This document shows, piece after piece, positions 9,226-19,956 of a stretch of DNA of 64,000 nt. How positions within the stretch are numbered: the stretch's first letter is position 1; the number at the start of each line of letters is the position of its first letter. The position numbers were made by a program, and so were the translations under genes. The stretch is from sequence record NC_010821.1; one strand, given 5' to 3'. The notes beneath the pieces are model-generated. The model was not told the DNA's origin, ran no database searches, and worked only from the letters and a program-made list of their open reading frames with translations.

Positions 9226-9541
9226 AACTCGTGATGACACTCTACCACGTCCAGGTCAGATTCTGGATCACTTTAAACGCAACATCGAACACGAAGCCAA
9301 GTCTAAAGTTCGTGAGGCTTTTAAAGAAGCATGGGGTCCAGTTTGCAAGATCGATTGTCCAACCGAGTTCAAAGTTAATGTCGCATTCGGCCGTATTCTT
9401 CCTCAGGATGTTTTGACTTCGATCAACAATGAACTCATTGATCACGGCTGGAAGAACTTCCAGTTTGAGATCGCCGCTGACCAACACGTACTGTTGGTTA
9501 AACTGGTTGAGGACGAGGCCGCTAAGTATGCTCGGCCATGA
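9218..9541 (+). CDS. Paralogue family A-like protein
   Basis: RILPQDVLTSINNELIDHGW; ATG at 9218. Confidence 0.75.
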   Translation: MFETRDDTLPRPGQILDHFKRNIEHEAKSKVREAFKEAWGPVCKIDCPTEFKVNVAFGRILPQDVLTSINNELIDHGWKNFQFEIAADQHVLLVKLVEDEAAKYARP

Positions 9542-9785
9542 CATCCCATGGATGAAACTGGTTCAGGCATTGCGCATTACGCTGGCGGGTGGTTGCAGTA
9601 CTCCGACTACCCGTGCACGTTACACCGCTCGATTCCGTATTCAGATGCCTCGGATCTTAACTGAAGAAGAACTCACTTTTCTGGAAACCAAGTTGAGTTT
9701 GTTACCCTGTCAGTGTGATACTGAAATCGTATCCAATGGTCGGGTCATGAACCTACTGGTCTATCGTGAATATCAAGGAGGCTAA
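9528..9785 (+). CDS. Paralogue family A-like protein
   Basis: RILTEEELTFLETKL; ATG at 9528. Confidence 0.7.
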   Translation: MLGHDIPWMKLVQALRITLAGGCSTPTTRARYTARFRIQMPRILTEEELTFLETKLSLLPCQCDTEIVSNGRVMNLLVYREYQGG

Positions 9786-9941
9786 ATGGCCAAGCGTCTC
9801 ACCAAGGGTAAGCGTAAATACCTCCTGTCTATAATGGCTGAAGTGGCTTGGCGCACTGAGCGAGATCGTCGGGCAGAACAACAGGCTCGTGCACTCATGT
9901 TTGACTATCGTGGTCGTACTCCACACCAAGTAATCTGGTAA
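9786..9941 (+). CDS. 51-aa basic protein (tandem pair, copy 1)
   Basis: Manual translation begins MAKRLTKGKRKYLL; AAGGAGG SD. Confidence 0.75.
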   Translation: MAKRLTKGKRKYLLSIMAEVAWRTERDRRAEQQARALMFDYRGRTPHQVIW

Positions 9942-9959
9942 ATCTTTAAGGAGGGTAAC

Positions 9960-10121
9960 ATGGCTAAGAAATTGACTAAGGGTAAACGTAAGCGGCTGAT
10001 GACGCTGGTTACGGAGTGGGCACTTTGTCGGCTTATCGCTAAAAAGCATGTGCAAGATGCACAGCGTCAGGCGATTACCAACGAGCGTCAACGTCGTGCC
10101 TACATGGCGCAATACTGTTAA
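9960..10121 (+). CDS. 53-aa basic protein (tandem pair, copy 2)
   Basis: Manual translation begins MAKKLTKGKRKRLM; AAGGAGG SD. Confidence 0.75.
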   Translation: MAKKLTKGKRKRLMTLVTEWALCRLIAKKHVQDAQRQAITNERQRRAYMAQYC

Positions 10122-10131
10122 GGAGTAAGAA

Positions 10132-10404
10132 ATGCTTCCGTCCGTAAATGATGTACTTAAGGCTAACGGTAACCCAATCGTAACAGGTGCGATCTATCGT
10201 ATCAGTAATGCATTGGTCGGTATCGTCATTCCAGATGACGACATCCCATCGTTTTCACTGATTGTCGAACTCGGGGCTGAACGACCACTTAGTTATGGTG
10301 AGCGCGTACGCATCAAGGTAGCCCTCAACGAGAAAGGTTGGGATGCTACCTTCAAGTTGGATACACTGCAAAATGAAGTAGCAGTCGTATTCATCAAGCA
10401 GTAA
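10132..10404 (+). CDS. Paralogue family A-like protein
   Basis: RPLSYGERVRIKVALNEKGW; AAGGAG SD. Confidence 0.75.
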   Translation: MLPSVNDVLKANGNPIVTGAIYRISNALVGIVIPDDDIPSFSLIVELGAERPLSYGERVRIKVALNEKGWDATFKLDTLQNEVAVVFIKQ

Positions 10405-10413
10405 CGACATAAA

Positions 10414-10435
10414 GCCAGCTCCTTCGGGAGCTGGC
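10414..10435. terminator. Bidirectional terminator
   Basis: GCCAGCTCC-ttcg-GGAGCTGGC between convergent operons. Confidence 0.9.
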
Positions 10436-10458
10436 ATATGCTGTTATTTTTTTTTTCG

Positions 10459-12120
10459 TTATGGACCACTACGTACGAAGATTGGAACGCCAGTCATTGC
10501 TAACTGGAGATCGGTATCGTACATTTCTTTGATCCACTGGATGCTCAACAACTCACCCATGTTCAAGTCGTTGTTAACAGTCAATACTTGATTCCATTGC
10601 TGTACACTGAACTTGTAATCACCATGCAGGAAGTGCAAGATGAAGTGAGTAGGTTCCGGTGGGAATTCCTCAAGCTCTGTATTCACCAAAGGTTCGGCAT
10701 TGTAGTACATTTGCTGCAACCAAGCAGTCAAGCTGTTAGCACCGTTCTGCAAACGAAGGTTCCATGTGTTAGTTGCGACGTATTCAAGATCCGCTTTCAG
10801 ACCACGACCATACGATGCGTCTACATCTGGACGTGGGTACACTGCCCAGTTAGCCTGATCAGGTCCAGCATTCAACAGAGCGATCTGGAATGTCGATACG
10901 TAACGGAATGGAGCAAAGCGTCCATCGACTTCATTAAGGTTCACCGCGTAGGTCAAGGTTTGAACTTCACCATAAGCACGCGGACGATAAGGAGCCGAGT
11001 TGACACCCAGTTCTACATATGGAGTGACGTTATAGAAACGTGCACGATCCAAGTTGTAAAGCCAGAACTCCAAGCGGTAACCAATAGCGGCGTTGACCCA
11101 TGTAGGGTAAACAAACAGTCTGCAACTATAAGCACCATCCGCAGCTACTGTACGAGCGATGTAGTTCTCAGTGATAGCACGATCAGCGGAAGGAACCAGT
11201 TGATAACTGATCTCATCATTCGCCAATTGGTAACGAGCTGCCAGAGGGAACTCTTGACCTTCACCTGTAGCAACGTAATTCTCAAGACCCAAGATCGTGA
11301 ATGGTGCAGGACCTACATCGTAACGAGTCTGACGACCACCACGATACTTAACAATACCTTGCATTGGTAACGACTTAACCATGACGTTGAGTGGGAACTC
11401 AATCACCTTAGGATCGGAAGTAGAAATGAAAGGCGAGTCCAGCTTGATACCTTCGACGTAACGTTTAGACTGGTCAGTCTGACGCAATACTTCCGTGTTC
11501 ATAACCAGCAATTGCGCGTAGCTAATCACACCTTCCTTATCGTCATATGCTACCAATGTCACACGTTCGGAGTCTTCAAGGTCTTCAGTTGCAAAGCCAA
11601 CCATTGGGATCTTGATGGTCGATACTTTAGCCCCAGTAATCTCAGCGGATTCCACAGGGATGTATGGCCCAAGGAATGTACCCGACGAATCGTAGAATGC
11701 CGAGATCATCTTACCGGTAGCCTTATTGATGTCACTACCTTTAAAGACCGCGTAAGAACTCACCATCGACCCATAGAAGTGTAGGCGTGCATCAGGAGCC
11801 AGTACGTACGGAGTAACCGAGGTATCGATGAAGCAGCGGTAGGATTCAGAGCTGTAGCCTGGACCCACACCAACCAATACGTTTTCTTCACCATCTGGAT
11901 CTGGATGAGCTGGCCATTCGATCAATTCAAGGGTTGGAACCCACGTACCTTGTTCAACGTCAGTAACTCTCAGTTGACCACGACTATAGTCAATCACCAT
12001 GTCATTAACGTTAACGACGTATTTGTTTGTTTGTCCTGCGACCAGGACGATCTCATCAATATACCAAACCCGAAACCCACGGTTCGGGTTGTAGAAATCT
12101 GAGTTCATGTAATCAGCCAT
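10459..12120 (-). CDS. Virion structural protein (phiKZ gp26-like)
   Basis: 553 aa; last of a three-gene minus-strand operon divergent from tail sheath; synteny with phiKZ gp26-30 recalled. Confidence 0.7.
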   Translation of the reverse strand: MADYMNSDFYNPNRGFRVWYIDEIVLVAGQTNKYVVNVNDMVIDYSRGQLRVTDVEQGTWVPTLELIEWPAHPDPDGEENVLVGVGPGYSSESYRCFIDTSVTPYVLAPDARLHFYGSMVSSYAVFKGSDINKATGKMISAFYDSSGTFLGPYIPVESAEITGAKVSTIKIPMVGFATEDLEDSERVTLVAYDDKEGVISYAQLLVMNTEVLRQTDQSKRYVEGIKLDSPFISTSDPKVIEFPLNVMVKSLPMQGIVKYRGGRQTRYDVGPAPFTILGLENYVATGEGQEFPLAARYQLANDEISYQLVPSADRAITENYIARTVAADGAYSCRLFVYPTWVNAAIGYRLEFWLYNLDRARFYNVTPYVELGVNSAPYRPRAYGEVQTLTYAVNLNEVDGRFAPFRYVSTFQIALLNAGPDQANWAVYPRPDVDASYGRGLKADLEYVATNTWNLRLQNGANSLTAWLQQMYYNAEPLVNTELEEFPPEPTHFILHFLHGDYKFSVQQWNQVLTVNNDLNMGELLSIQWIKEMYDTDLQLAMTGVPIFVRSGP

Positions 12121-12123
12121 CGA

Positions 12124-14775
12124 TTAAGTCCTCGTAATGTAAATGAATGGAGACAGCTCCATCGGTTGACGGAGAAACAGTTTCAATACACGGGTGTAGA
12201 ATGTGTACTGGTCATCAGTCAGTCCGATTGGGGTAGTGTTCCAATGTGGATAAACTCTCACATGGTTGGTATTGTATTCCCGGTTGAGGATATCAAACGG
12301 TTGCAACCACGCGTATCCACTCATGTAAGCTGCGAGTTCTTGATCGGAGTACTGGCCGTTAATGAATGGTGGTGCAAGTGTACCTTTAACCAAATCGTAA
12401 AGCACTTTATTAGAAAGTGCAGAGTAAACAATGTAAGGTCTAGGGATGACGTCTACAAGCTCTCTGTCGCGTTTTGGGAAGTAGTAAGTCATAGCCTCAC
12501 TCGTCCATTGGTCACGCTGATCATCTTCTACACGGGCCTTGTAATCGTCTTTAAAGACGGTTTTCAAAACAACCTGTGGGGTTTGAATCTGATAAGGCGC
12601 TCCATTACGGACATTATCCATTACCCGACCACCAGAGTCTTCCTCGAATACCACGTCATGGTAATCCATGTAACGACCATCCACCACGATCCGTTGTACC
12701 TTGTGGGTGTGGATCTGATAGGTTGAATCGTTAGACAGTACGTTGTATTCTACAAAGCCTAGCTCACCCGGTGGATAGCGTTTGAGGTCTGGTGAACAGA
12801 AACCTGTTCCTCGAACTGTCACGTTTTGGATACCGTCAGTACGACGTGCTTCCAAGTTGTTGATAACGATCATCTCACCGTCGTCCCAGAAATCCAATCC
12901 ATAGATCATAGACTTCTGGTTCATGAACATATCCAGTTCACCGAATGGAATCTCTAAGGTTTTGTTAATCTCGGCACCGTTCTGGTTTTCGATACCCGCA
13001 ATGGCGAATCGGATGAGTCCAGGGTTATCGGAAAAGGTTAGTTCGTTCAGATAGAAATACTCATCTGTACGCAAGTAACCCAAATACTGGTTACCGGGTA
13101 CTACCCAGTTCCAAACAGGTGCTTCAAGATTACTGGTATCTAAGAAACCGTAAGTGTTACGGTCTGGTAGATCCGTGATATCAATCCACTCATTGGATAC
13201 AACACCACCCCACACTTTGCAGACGTAAACTCGGAAGTTGTATTTAGGGTTCAAGGTAACTGGATCATTACCATAAACACCATGCAAGTTAGTAGACCCT
13301 TTACCAGTAATGGCTTCGACGTATTCGCAGTTAGCGTTTACGACATTATAGGTTTCACCACCTTCTTGATAATAGTGTCCTAAGAGATATCCATTCGCAT
13401 CGTATTCAAACAGCGTAACGTTACGCCAGAAATAGAACGATAGATCCACCATCCGAATACCGGTATGTGGGTCAACATACACTTTGGCCGGGTTGTCGTT
13501 CATCAGCTTAGCACATTCATGATAGCCGAATACTTCGCCTGCAAAGTTCTGCGCATCGATCTTAGCCTGAGTAGTTAACTTAGGTTCGTTGTACGTGATC
13601 GGATAGATCTGTTTAGGGGGAGCTGACATAAACTCAATGTAAGCTGCACGTTCAAGGTTCTCAGCGCGCCACAACGGGTTCTCAGCGCCAGTACCTGTCA
13701 TGCACATCAGGATGTTGGTATCACTCAGTTTATAGAGTTCCCAAATACGAGATGCATCAGCTACCAATGGTCGATCATAAGCACCATGACGGATATACAG
13801 TTTAACGTAGGTGTCACCGATACCATTCCAACCTGGGTTCTCGGCTATCAGTTCCTGCACTCGGGTAACAGGCATGCTGTAATCGCGGTGAGTTAACTGA
13901 CGTAACCAGATACCTTGGTTATGGTGGTAAGTAATGCCACTATAGTTACCTGGAGCTGTTCCGTACTTGATCAAGTGGACTGTAATGTCGTCATAGAAAT
14001 CGATAACGTCATCACCCTCACCTGGATAGTGCACAATGTATTTACGTTGTGTATCCAGTGTTGAGTTGAATACTTGCAGGTCGTCTACTTTAAGCTCGAC
14101 TACACGCTTGATAGACGGGTCCAATATGAAGTCGTAATAATCGCCCGGCGCACACGTCACGATAGATATTTCATTAACGGGTTTACCGTTAACAAAGTAC
14201 ATTGGTACGCCACCTTTAGCGGCTACCAGATCCATGATCTGAATTTGAAGTTGTCTGATAGCGGCGGCATTAGCTACCGACCCAGACAATACGTCGATCC
14301 AATGCTTACCTGCGTCGACACTACGTGGGGAGTTAAAGTAACCGTTGTGATAGAAGTGGATATAAAGCTGGTTGTCGTCCAAAGCTGGGAAACGGTCATT
14401 CAGTTTAACCGCAACCAACAGGTTGGATTTACTGGTAACCATCACGTAAGTTTCAGACATGCTATATCGAATACCGTTGGTTTGGTATACTTCGATTAAC
14501 GTCAGATCCTGCGTTGCAAGATCAGCCAACTTGATCCATGTATCTCGTTTACCGGGATAGCCAACATTGGCTGGGATCACTTGACCGATCTGGTAGATAT
14601 GATAGTAGTCTCGATTGTTATTCGTCGGTAAGAAGTACCGAGTATAATCCACAACGTAGTTACCCCGAACACCGTAGCGCGGGGTAACTTGTTTGAGTTC
14701 ATACGAGAACTGACGATCTACAGCAGGGTTTTGCCAGACGTTATCAATTGCGTAGCGCAAGAGATAGTTATCCAT
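12124..14775 (-). CDS. Virion structural protein (phiKZ gp27-like, possibly baseplate)
   Basis: 883 aa; MDNYLLRYAIDNVWQNP N-terminus resembles this conserved family; synteny. Confidence 0.7.
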   Translation of the reverse strand: MDNYLLRYAIDNVWQNPAVDRQFSYELKQVTPRYGVRGNYVVDYTRYFLPTNNNRDYYHIYQIGQVIPANVGYPGKRDTWIKLADLATQDLTLIEVYQTNGIRYSMSETYVMVTSKSNLLVAVKLNDRFPALDDNQLYIHFYHNGYFNSPRSVDAGKHWIDVLSGSVANAAAIRQLQIQIMDLVAAKGGVPMYFVNGKPVNEISIVTCAPGDYYDFILDPSIKRVVELKVDDLQVFNSTLDTQRKYIVHYPGEGDDVIDFYDDITVHLIKYGTAPGNYSGITYHHNQGIWLRQLTHRDYSMPVTRVQELIAENPGWNGIGDTYVKLYIRHGAYDRPLVADASRIWELYKLSDTNILMCMTGTGAENPLWRAENLERAAYIEFMSAPPKQIYPITYNEPKLTTQAKIDAQNFAGEVFGYHECAKLMNDNPAKVYVDPHTGIRMVDLSFYFWRNVTLFEYDANGYLLGHYYQEGGETYNVVNANCEYVEAITGKGSTNLHGVYGNDPVTLNPKYNFRVYVCKVWGGVVSNEWIDITDLPDRNTYGFLDTSNLEAPVWNWVVPGNQYLGYLRTDEYFYLNELTFSDNPGLIRFAIAGIENQNGAEINKTLEIPFGELDMFMNQKSMIYGLDFWDDGEMIVINNLEARRTDGIQNVTVRGTGFCSPDLKRYPPGELGFVEYNVLSNDSTYQIHTHKVQRIVVDGRYMDYHDVVFEEDSGGRVMDNVRNGAPYQIQTPQVVLKTVFKDDYKARVEDDQRDQWTSEAMTYYFPKRDRELVDVIPRPYIVYSALSNKVLYDLVKGTLAPPFINGQYSDQELAAYMSGYAWLQPFDILNREYNTNHVRVYPHWNTTPIGLTDDQYTFYTRVLKLFLRQPMELSPFIYITRT

Positions 14776-14787
14776 TTAGCGGTACCC

Positions 14788-15723
14788 TTAATCAAAGTTG
14801 AGATATTGTTGCGATACTAAGCCGAAGGTCATGTCTAGGAAAGACTTGAGTTCATGTGGTCGGGCTACTTGTTCAGCTCGTTGCATGATTACAGTCTTAC
14901 GATAGCTACGATCACCAACCGCTGTGTATAGCATGGCGATGTAAGTGGGTAGGTGTTCCAAAGCAACACCGACGTTTTCACGTTGGTTATAGAAGCTATT
15001 GGATAACAGCAAATAGAGATCTTTAAACTTCAATTCACCTGTGCGTTCTTGACGAGACTTAGTGGACATTGCATAGATCAGATCGTCGATGTTATTCAAC
15101 TCACCTACTTCAACGATCACATCGGTAGCGAAGTCAGGTGGTACACCTGTAATGCGCGATACCACGGGTACGAACTGTGTACGTACTTCAGGGTTAGCTT
15201 CACCCAATTCAGGCATCAGCATGGCGTAGTAATAGAATGCAGAGATCACATACAAAGCTTGTTGTGCTTCTGGTGTTAGTTGGTAACGTGTGATCAATGG
15301 ACCACTTACCCAGCGATTGAATACTTTAGCTGGAAGGTCGCCCAGTCGACTGAATGCTGTTTCATCGCCTACCAATGTAGTGATGTTAAGCGACATTCGA
15401 ATACACTCAAAACTCCAATCGTTGTTTGCAACCAAACGATATGTGCCAGACCGTGGTTCGTACTTAAAGTAACGTCGTCCATCGATCAACAATTTAGGTT
15501 TACCGGGTTGTCCCAGATCAATGTACTGAGTGAACATCGGGATGTCTTCATGCTCTGGTGATGGAGTCACAAAGTAACAATCCTTAATGGTTATTCCATT
15601 AGGAGTTTTGACGGGTTGGAACGGGAGACTAAGTTCTGCCTTAGTGGCTTCCCGACGAATTTTATCCAGGAATGCCTGGGTATAGGTACTACAGATTTTC
15701 GTTTGATACGGTAGTAAGATCAT
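14788..15723 (-). CDS. Virion structural protein (phiKZ gp28-like)
   Basis: 311 aa; divergent from sheath gene; ALEHLPTYIAM motif; synteny. Confidence 0.65.
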   Translation of the reverse strand: MILLPYQTKICSTYTQAFLDKIRREATKAELSLPFQPVKTPNGITIKDCYFVTPSPEHEDIPMFTQYIDLGQPGKPKLLIDGRRYFKYEPRSGTYRLVANNDWSFECIRMSLNITTLVGDETAFSRLGDLPAKVFNRWVSGPLITRYQLTPEAQQALYVISAFYYYAMLMPELGEANPEVRTQFVPVVSRITGVPPDFATDVIVEVGELNNIDDLIYAMSTKSRQERTGELKFKDLYLLLSNSFYNQRENVGVALEHLPTYIAMLYTAVGDRSYRKTVIMQRAEQVARPHELKSFLDMTFGLVSQQYLNFD

Positions 15724-15852
15724 TACCGTCTCTCCTTATTTAGGTAGTAAAATTAAACTAGTGTGCTCAATCTGTTTAATTAATATGATTGACTGTTAGT
15801 AAACACTCATAACATCGAGTTTAAAAGCTCCATACTTGGGAGAACCAAAAAG

Positions 15853-17955
15853 ATGGCAACTTTCACTAACGCAACACCACGGGTTGTTTTCAGTGGTATT
15901 CGCGACCGCAGCCGTCGGGCTCTTATTCGTCCTGACGAAAGCTATGCCCAACATACACCTTTGCTTCGTCTCTTCACCGAGACTGGTCCAGAAACCACCA
16001 CTTACGTTGGTGATACCGATGACGGCTTTGCCGGTATCTATGGTCAGCTCTCGCTCGATCCACGCAGCAAGTTCTTTAACCAACAATCTCTGCTTGCTCT
16101 GAACCTGTTGGGTCAGGGTAACGGTTTTTATGTAAAACGCCTGAAGCCTGAAGATGCTGGTAACGCAGCTCGTATCATCGTCGCTATCGACATGGTCCGT
16201 GATATGGTTCCACAGCAAATCACTCGTCTGAGTGGTTTTAACTTCCCAACCACTACTACTCTTGCTTCTAGCTCTGACGTAGTAACTCTGGCCGACCAGT
16301 TGGTTGAGGGTTTCCGTGCTCGCATTACTCTGATCCAAGACAACACTTCTGAGGTTGGTACTCAGCGTGTGCTGCCTGGTAATATGACTTCTTCGATCGA
16401 CGGTACTCAGTCGACCATGTATCCGCTGTTTGAACTGCCAACCAGTTTCTTCGGCGCATTGGGCGATAATCTGGGTGCACGTGTATGGTCCCCTACCGCA
16501 GCCGACCTTGAGGGTTATGACGAAGCCACCACCGATAAGTTCGATACTCGTCTGTTTAACTTCCAGTTCGTAGAACTGATGGAAGGTTCTAACACTCCAA
16601 CAGTCATCAAGACTGCTCTGGGTGAAGACTACATGCAAGTGTCGTTTGATCAAGGTGTTTGGTCCGAGTCCACCGACCGTGACCTATACGCTGGCGACGT
16701 GTTGATCCAGGCTTATGAAGATGACGGTATCAGCTCGGGTCAGACCCCTCTGTATTCCCCATTCAGTCAGATCTACATCTATAGTGATGAGATCAGCCGT
16801 GTTCAACAACTGATCTTCGATTCGGAGTCTCTGGCTAATCCAGCTTTCGTTAACCAGATCAAAGGTCCAGGTCAAATCGACTTTCTGACTATGTTGAATC
16901 TGGATGGCGATCCGTACATGACCATCCAACTTGAAGGTGCTTTGGAAGGTGGTGTATTGCTTGGTAAGAATGCCACTGTATTTGCATCGGGTGGTGATGA
17001 TGGTACTACCGACTTCGACGAATACGTTAAACTCGTAGACATTCAGAACACCAACTTCGGTCAACTGGATGATCAGTACGAAGACGTTGCACGGTATCAG
17101 TTTGGTTTCCTGTATGACACCGGTCTTCCGATGGCATCGAAATACAAAATGATGCAAACCTTGGCTAAGCGTCAAGACCTGATCTGTATGTTCACGACCT
17201 ACATCGAGACCGATACTCGTCCTCTCACCACTGGTGATGAAGTGTCGCGCACTATCGCTCTGATGACTCGTCTGAAAGCGTTCCCTGAGTCTACCCTCTA
17301 TGGTACTCCAGTTGCTCGTGCACAGATCGTCCTGCAATCCGGTAAGCTGATGGCTGGTGGTTACTCTAAGCGTGTTCCACAACTGTTGGACACCGCTATG
17401 AAGTGGGCTATCTACGCTGGTGCTGGTAACGGTATTCTGCGTCCTGGCTTTGAAATGGATGTTAGTCCGAACAACCAAGTGACATTCGTTAAAGGCTTGA
17501 ACGTTCCGTTCTTCAACGCTCGTACTGCTAGCAACATCTGGCAGAACGGTGGTACGTATTCGTCTACCTACGATAAGCGTCGTCAGTACTATCCTTGCCA
17601 ACGTTCGGTTTATCTGGACGACACCTCGGTACTGCTGTCTCCGCTGACCGTGAACATCTGCTGTGTGATCATGCGTCTGATCCATCGGGTACACGCTAAG
17701 TTCGCCGGTAACGCTACGCTCAGTAAAGAACAGTTGGTAGCTCGTTGCGACCAAGAGATCCTGGATCAAACCCGTGACCTGTTCGGTGCTCGCGTTGATA
17801 TTACTCCACAAACGGAGATCACTGCTGCGGATGACCAGAACGGCTTTAGCTGGACCTGTACTGTGACTGTTGCGGCTAACAACCCACGCACTGTAATGGA
17901 CTTCAAGCTTGAAACTGTGCGTCGTGAGACTGTCACCGCTGGAACGGTTCAATAA
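15853..17955 (+). CDS. Tail sheath protein (phiKZ gp29-like)
   Basis: 700 aa; [27 protein letters not shown] and the C-terminal sheath-like [12 protein letters not shown]; followed by tube gene. Confidence 0.85.
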   Translation: MATFTNATPRVVFSGIRDRSRRALIRPDESYAQHTPLLRLFTETGPETTTYVGDTDDGFAGIYGQLSLDPRSKFFNQQSLLALNLLGQGNGFYVKRLKPEDAGNAARIIVAIDMVRDMVPQQITRLSGFNFPTTTTLASSSDVVTLADQLVEGFRARITLIQDNTSEVGTQRVLPGNMTSSIDGTQSTMYPLFELPTSFFGALGDNLGARVWSPTAADLEGYDEATTDKFDTRLFNFQFVELMEGSNTPTVIKTALGEDYMQVSFDQGVWSESTDRDLYAGDVLIQAYEDDGISSGQTPLYSPFSQIYIYSDEISRVQQLIFDSESLANPAFVNQIKGPGQIDFLTMLNLDGDPYMTIQLEGALEGGVLLGKNATVFASGGDDGTTDFDEYVKLVDIQNTNFGQLDDQYEDVARYQFGFLYDTGLPMASKYKMMQTLAKRQDLICMFTTYIETDTRPLTTGDEVSRTIALMTRLKAFPESTLYGTPVARAQIVLQSGKLMAGGYSKRVPQLLDTAMKWAIYAGAGNGILRPGFEMDVSPNNQVTFVKGLNVPFFNARTASNIWQNGGTYSSTYDKRRQYYPCQRSVYLDDTSVLLSPLTVNICCVIMRLIHRVHAKFAGNATLSKEQLVARCDQEILDQTRDLFGARVDITPQTEITAADDQNGFSWTCTVTVAANNPRTVMDFKLETVRRETVTAGTVQ

Positions 17956-17991
17956 CCGTTCCTTCACGGATAATCCACTAGAGGAATAAAT

Positions 17992-18867
17992 ATGAAACGC
18001 TATAATGATCCAATGGCTCCCGTAACAGGCTATGGTGCTGGTGGTGCGAAGAACACCATCAACCTGGCTCAAGCAGGTACTGACGTATTCCGTCCAGACC
18101 TGGCTAACTTGGCCAGTAACACTCCTTACGTGAGTCGTAACGTTGTACCTTTCCTGCTGGAGGCTCCACGGTTCTTCCAGTATGCGAAAGATCCTAACCA
18201 ACTGGTCCGCTCCCTGAAGGCCTTGGTTGAGAACCATGTTCGTACTATTGATGGTCTGCAACAAACTGTTCAGGTTGATACCGCTGACGCTCCTTGGGGT
18301 GGTTCGGGTGAAGCCATTCAGGTTGGTACCAACGTAACTCGTGCTCGGTCTAACCCTTCGCTGGGTTGCTGGGAACTGCAAGGTCGTGCCATTCAGCGTT
18401 TCCTGCGCTGGTGGATCACTTACGGTATTGCTGACGAGAATACCAAGGTTCCACGTATTGTTGCTGAAGGTAACGTACCGGTTGAGAAATACGATGCTAC
18501 CTTCTACGGTGCAACTATTCTCTTCGTTGAACCAGATCCGACTTTCCAAGACGTGGTAAGTGCATACCTGTGCACTAACATGTTCCCTCTGTCGACTGGT
18601 CCTTGGGAATCCCGTAAGGATGCTGCTCAGATTGGTCAGAACCTCGATCTCTCGATTGAGTTCGCTGCCATGACTGACGTATCGGAAGGTGTAATCGCTT
18701 ACGCTCGTGAGCTGTTCCAACGTCTTAACATCCGTGGTATGAACCCGAACTCGCAGCGTACTTGGACTGAAGGTATCTCTGCTGACGTACAGCGTGCTAC
18801 TAACGGCCTGCGTCAACAACTTGAGACTTCGGCCTCTAACCGTGTAACTTACAACGGGGTTGACTGA
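17992..18867 (+). CDS. Tail tube protein (phiKZ gp30-like)
   Basis: 291 aa directly after sheath; [19 protein letters not shown] and LCTNMFP motifs. Confidence 0.8.
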   Translation: MKRYNDPMAPVTGYGAGGAKNTINLAQAGTDVFRPDLANLASNTPYVSRNVVPFLLEAPRFFQYAKDPNQLVRSLKALVENHVRTIDGLQQTVQVDTADAPWGGSGEAIQVGTNVTRARSNPSLGCWELQGRAIQRFLRWWITYGIADENTKVPRIVAEGNVPVEKYDATFYGATILFVEPDPTFQDVVSAYLCTNMFPLSTGPWESRKDAAQIGQNLDLSIEFAAMTDVSEGVIAYARELFQRLNIRGMNPNSQRTWTEGISADVQRATNGLRQQLETSASNRVTYNGVD

Positions 18868-19109
18868 TGGCTAATACGTATCCGCTGAAGCCCCTTGCTG
18901 CTACACAGTACAAAGGTACATCGCCTTCGGCGGTTACGGATGAAGCAGCCAAATACAAAGACATGCTTGGTTTCCAAGCAGCGTCTGTGGACGTTGGCTT
19001 GTTCTATCAGTTAAACCAAGCTGCCACTGGCGTATCGGAAGTTGAGACGGCTAATGGTTCTACCGTTAATGGTCAGACTCCGATCGAAGCTAACGCAATG
19101 TACGCTTAA
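18867..19109 (+). CDS. Small hypothetical (possibly virion) protein
   Basis: TGATG-coupled to tube gene. Confidence 0.7.
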   Translation: MANTYPLKPLAATQYKGTSPSAVTDEAAKYKDMLGFQAASVDVGLFYQLNQAATGVSEVETANGSTVNGQTPIEANAMYA

Positions 19110-19116
19110 GACAACA

Positions 19117-19147
19117 TAAGACCCCGACCGTAAGGCCGGGGCTTTAT
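19117..19147. terminator. Bidirectional terminator
   Basis: CCCCGACC-gtaa-GGCCGGGG between convergent genes. Confidence 0.8.
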
Positions 19148-19151
19148 GCCG

Positions 19152-19838
19152 TTATGCACTTACCACATGTTCAACAGGTAGTGTGCGACTACCCTTATTT
19201 GGCTGAGGTCTAGCCTCATTCACAATTGACTGGATCGCCTCGACTGTACGGATTGGATCAGGGTCATTGCTATCTACGACCACTTCGAACTTACGTTGTT
19301 TCTCAGTGAGGTACCATGAGTTTTCCATAGCGATGTCGTTCGGAATACCTTTAAGGATAAGGTACGCCACCCGTGCTCGATAGCTATTGCCTCTAGAAAC
19401 TTCGTTATTGCAGACTTTCAGACGAGGTTCTGCCAGATAGCGCAATTGCATCTCTGTCAGGTTGCGATCATTGTATTGCTCACGGATCGAATCAATTGTA
19501 CGCAAAGGTTCACGTGGGGAACCTAGGGTCGGTAGTGATTCGCTCACGTAGGCCTCTGTCTCCGGTACCATGTCATTACTGTCAATAGGATTAATAGTAC
19601 GACCCCAGAATGAGGCAATCGTTTTACCGCTTTCGTTCATCACGTATGCATTACCGGTCAGAGGGTACTCTACATCCGTAAAATCACCTTTGCCTCTTAC
19701 AACCAAAAATGGTTCACCTGTATCTGGCCGATTACCAAATTCGAACTCTTGGCCTTCGCCAACGAGAATAATTCTAAACCCTTTACCCACGTCGGAGTCG
19801 GGTAGGTTTTGCCCGGACATAATCTTTACACTGTACAT
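19152..19838 (-). CDS. Hypothetical protein
   Basis: 228-aa ORF; YPLTGNAYVMNESGKTIASF motif. Confidence 0.75.
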   Translation of the reverse strand: MYSVKIMSGQNLPDSDVGKGFRIILVGEGQEFEFGNRPDTGEPFLVVRGKGDFTDVEYPLTGNAYVMNESGKTIASFWGRTINPIDSNDMVPETEAYVSESLPTLGSPREPLRTIDSIREQYNDRNLTEMQLRYLAEPRLKVCNNEVSRGNSYRARVAYLILKGIPNDIAMENSWYLTEKQRKFEVVVDSNDPDPIRTVEAIQSIVNEARPQPNKGSRTLPVEHVVSA

Positions 19839-19918
19839 TTCTAATTACCTTCTAGTAGTATGTAGCGGAATGCTACAGATCATATCCGGGTGAGTATTAT
19901 TTAAACCTAATTTGAAAC

Positions 19919-19926
19919 TATATTAC
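19919..19926 (+). promoter_or_regulatory. Early-type TATATTAC box before the HNH gene
   Basis: Exact TATATTAC about 30 nt upstream of ATG 19957; upstream element is a poor match. Confidence 0.55.
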
Positions 19927-19956
19927 TTTTGTGAATTAACTACGAAAGGTTTTATT

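Noticed and set aside
10588-14499. Plus-strand ORFs (e.g. 10588-11370, 12166-12726, 14074-14499) opposite the virion operon
   Set aside because: Shadows of the long minus-strand genes; no SD or motif support
17953-17994. Sheath and tube genes are in the same frame, so a read-through fusion seemed possible
   Set aside because: A second in-frame TAA lies in the spacer and the tube gene has its own GAGGA SD
15796-18819. 285-aa and 711-aa antisense ORFs over tail sheath and tube
   Set aside because: Same in-register shadow effect from strong codon bias
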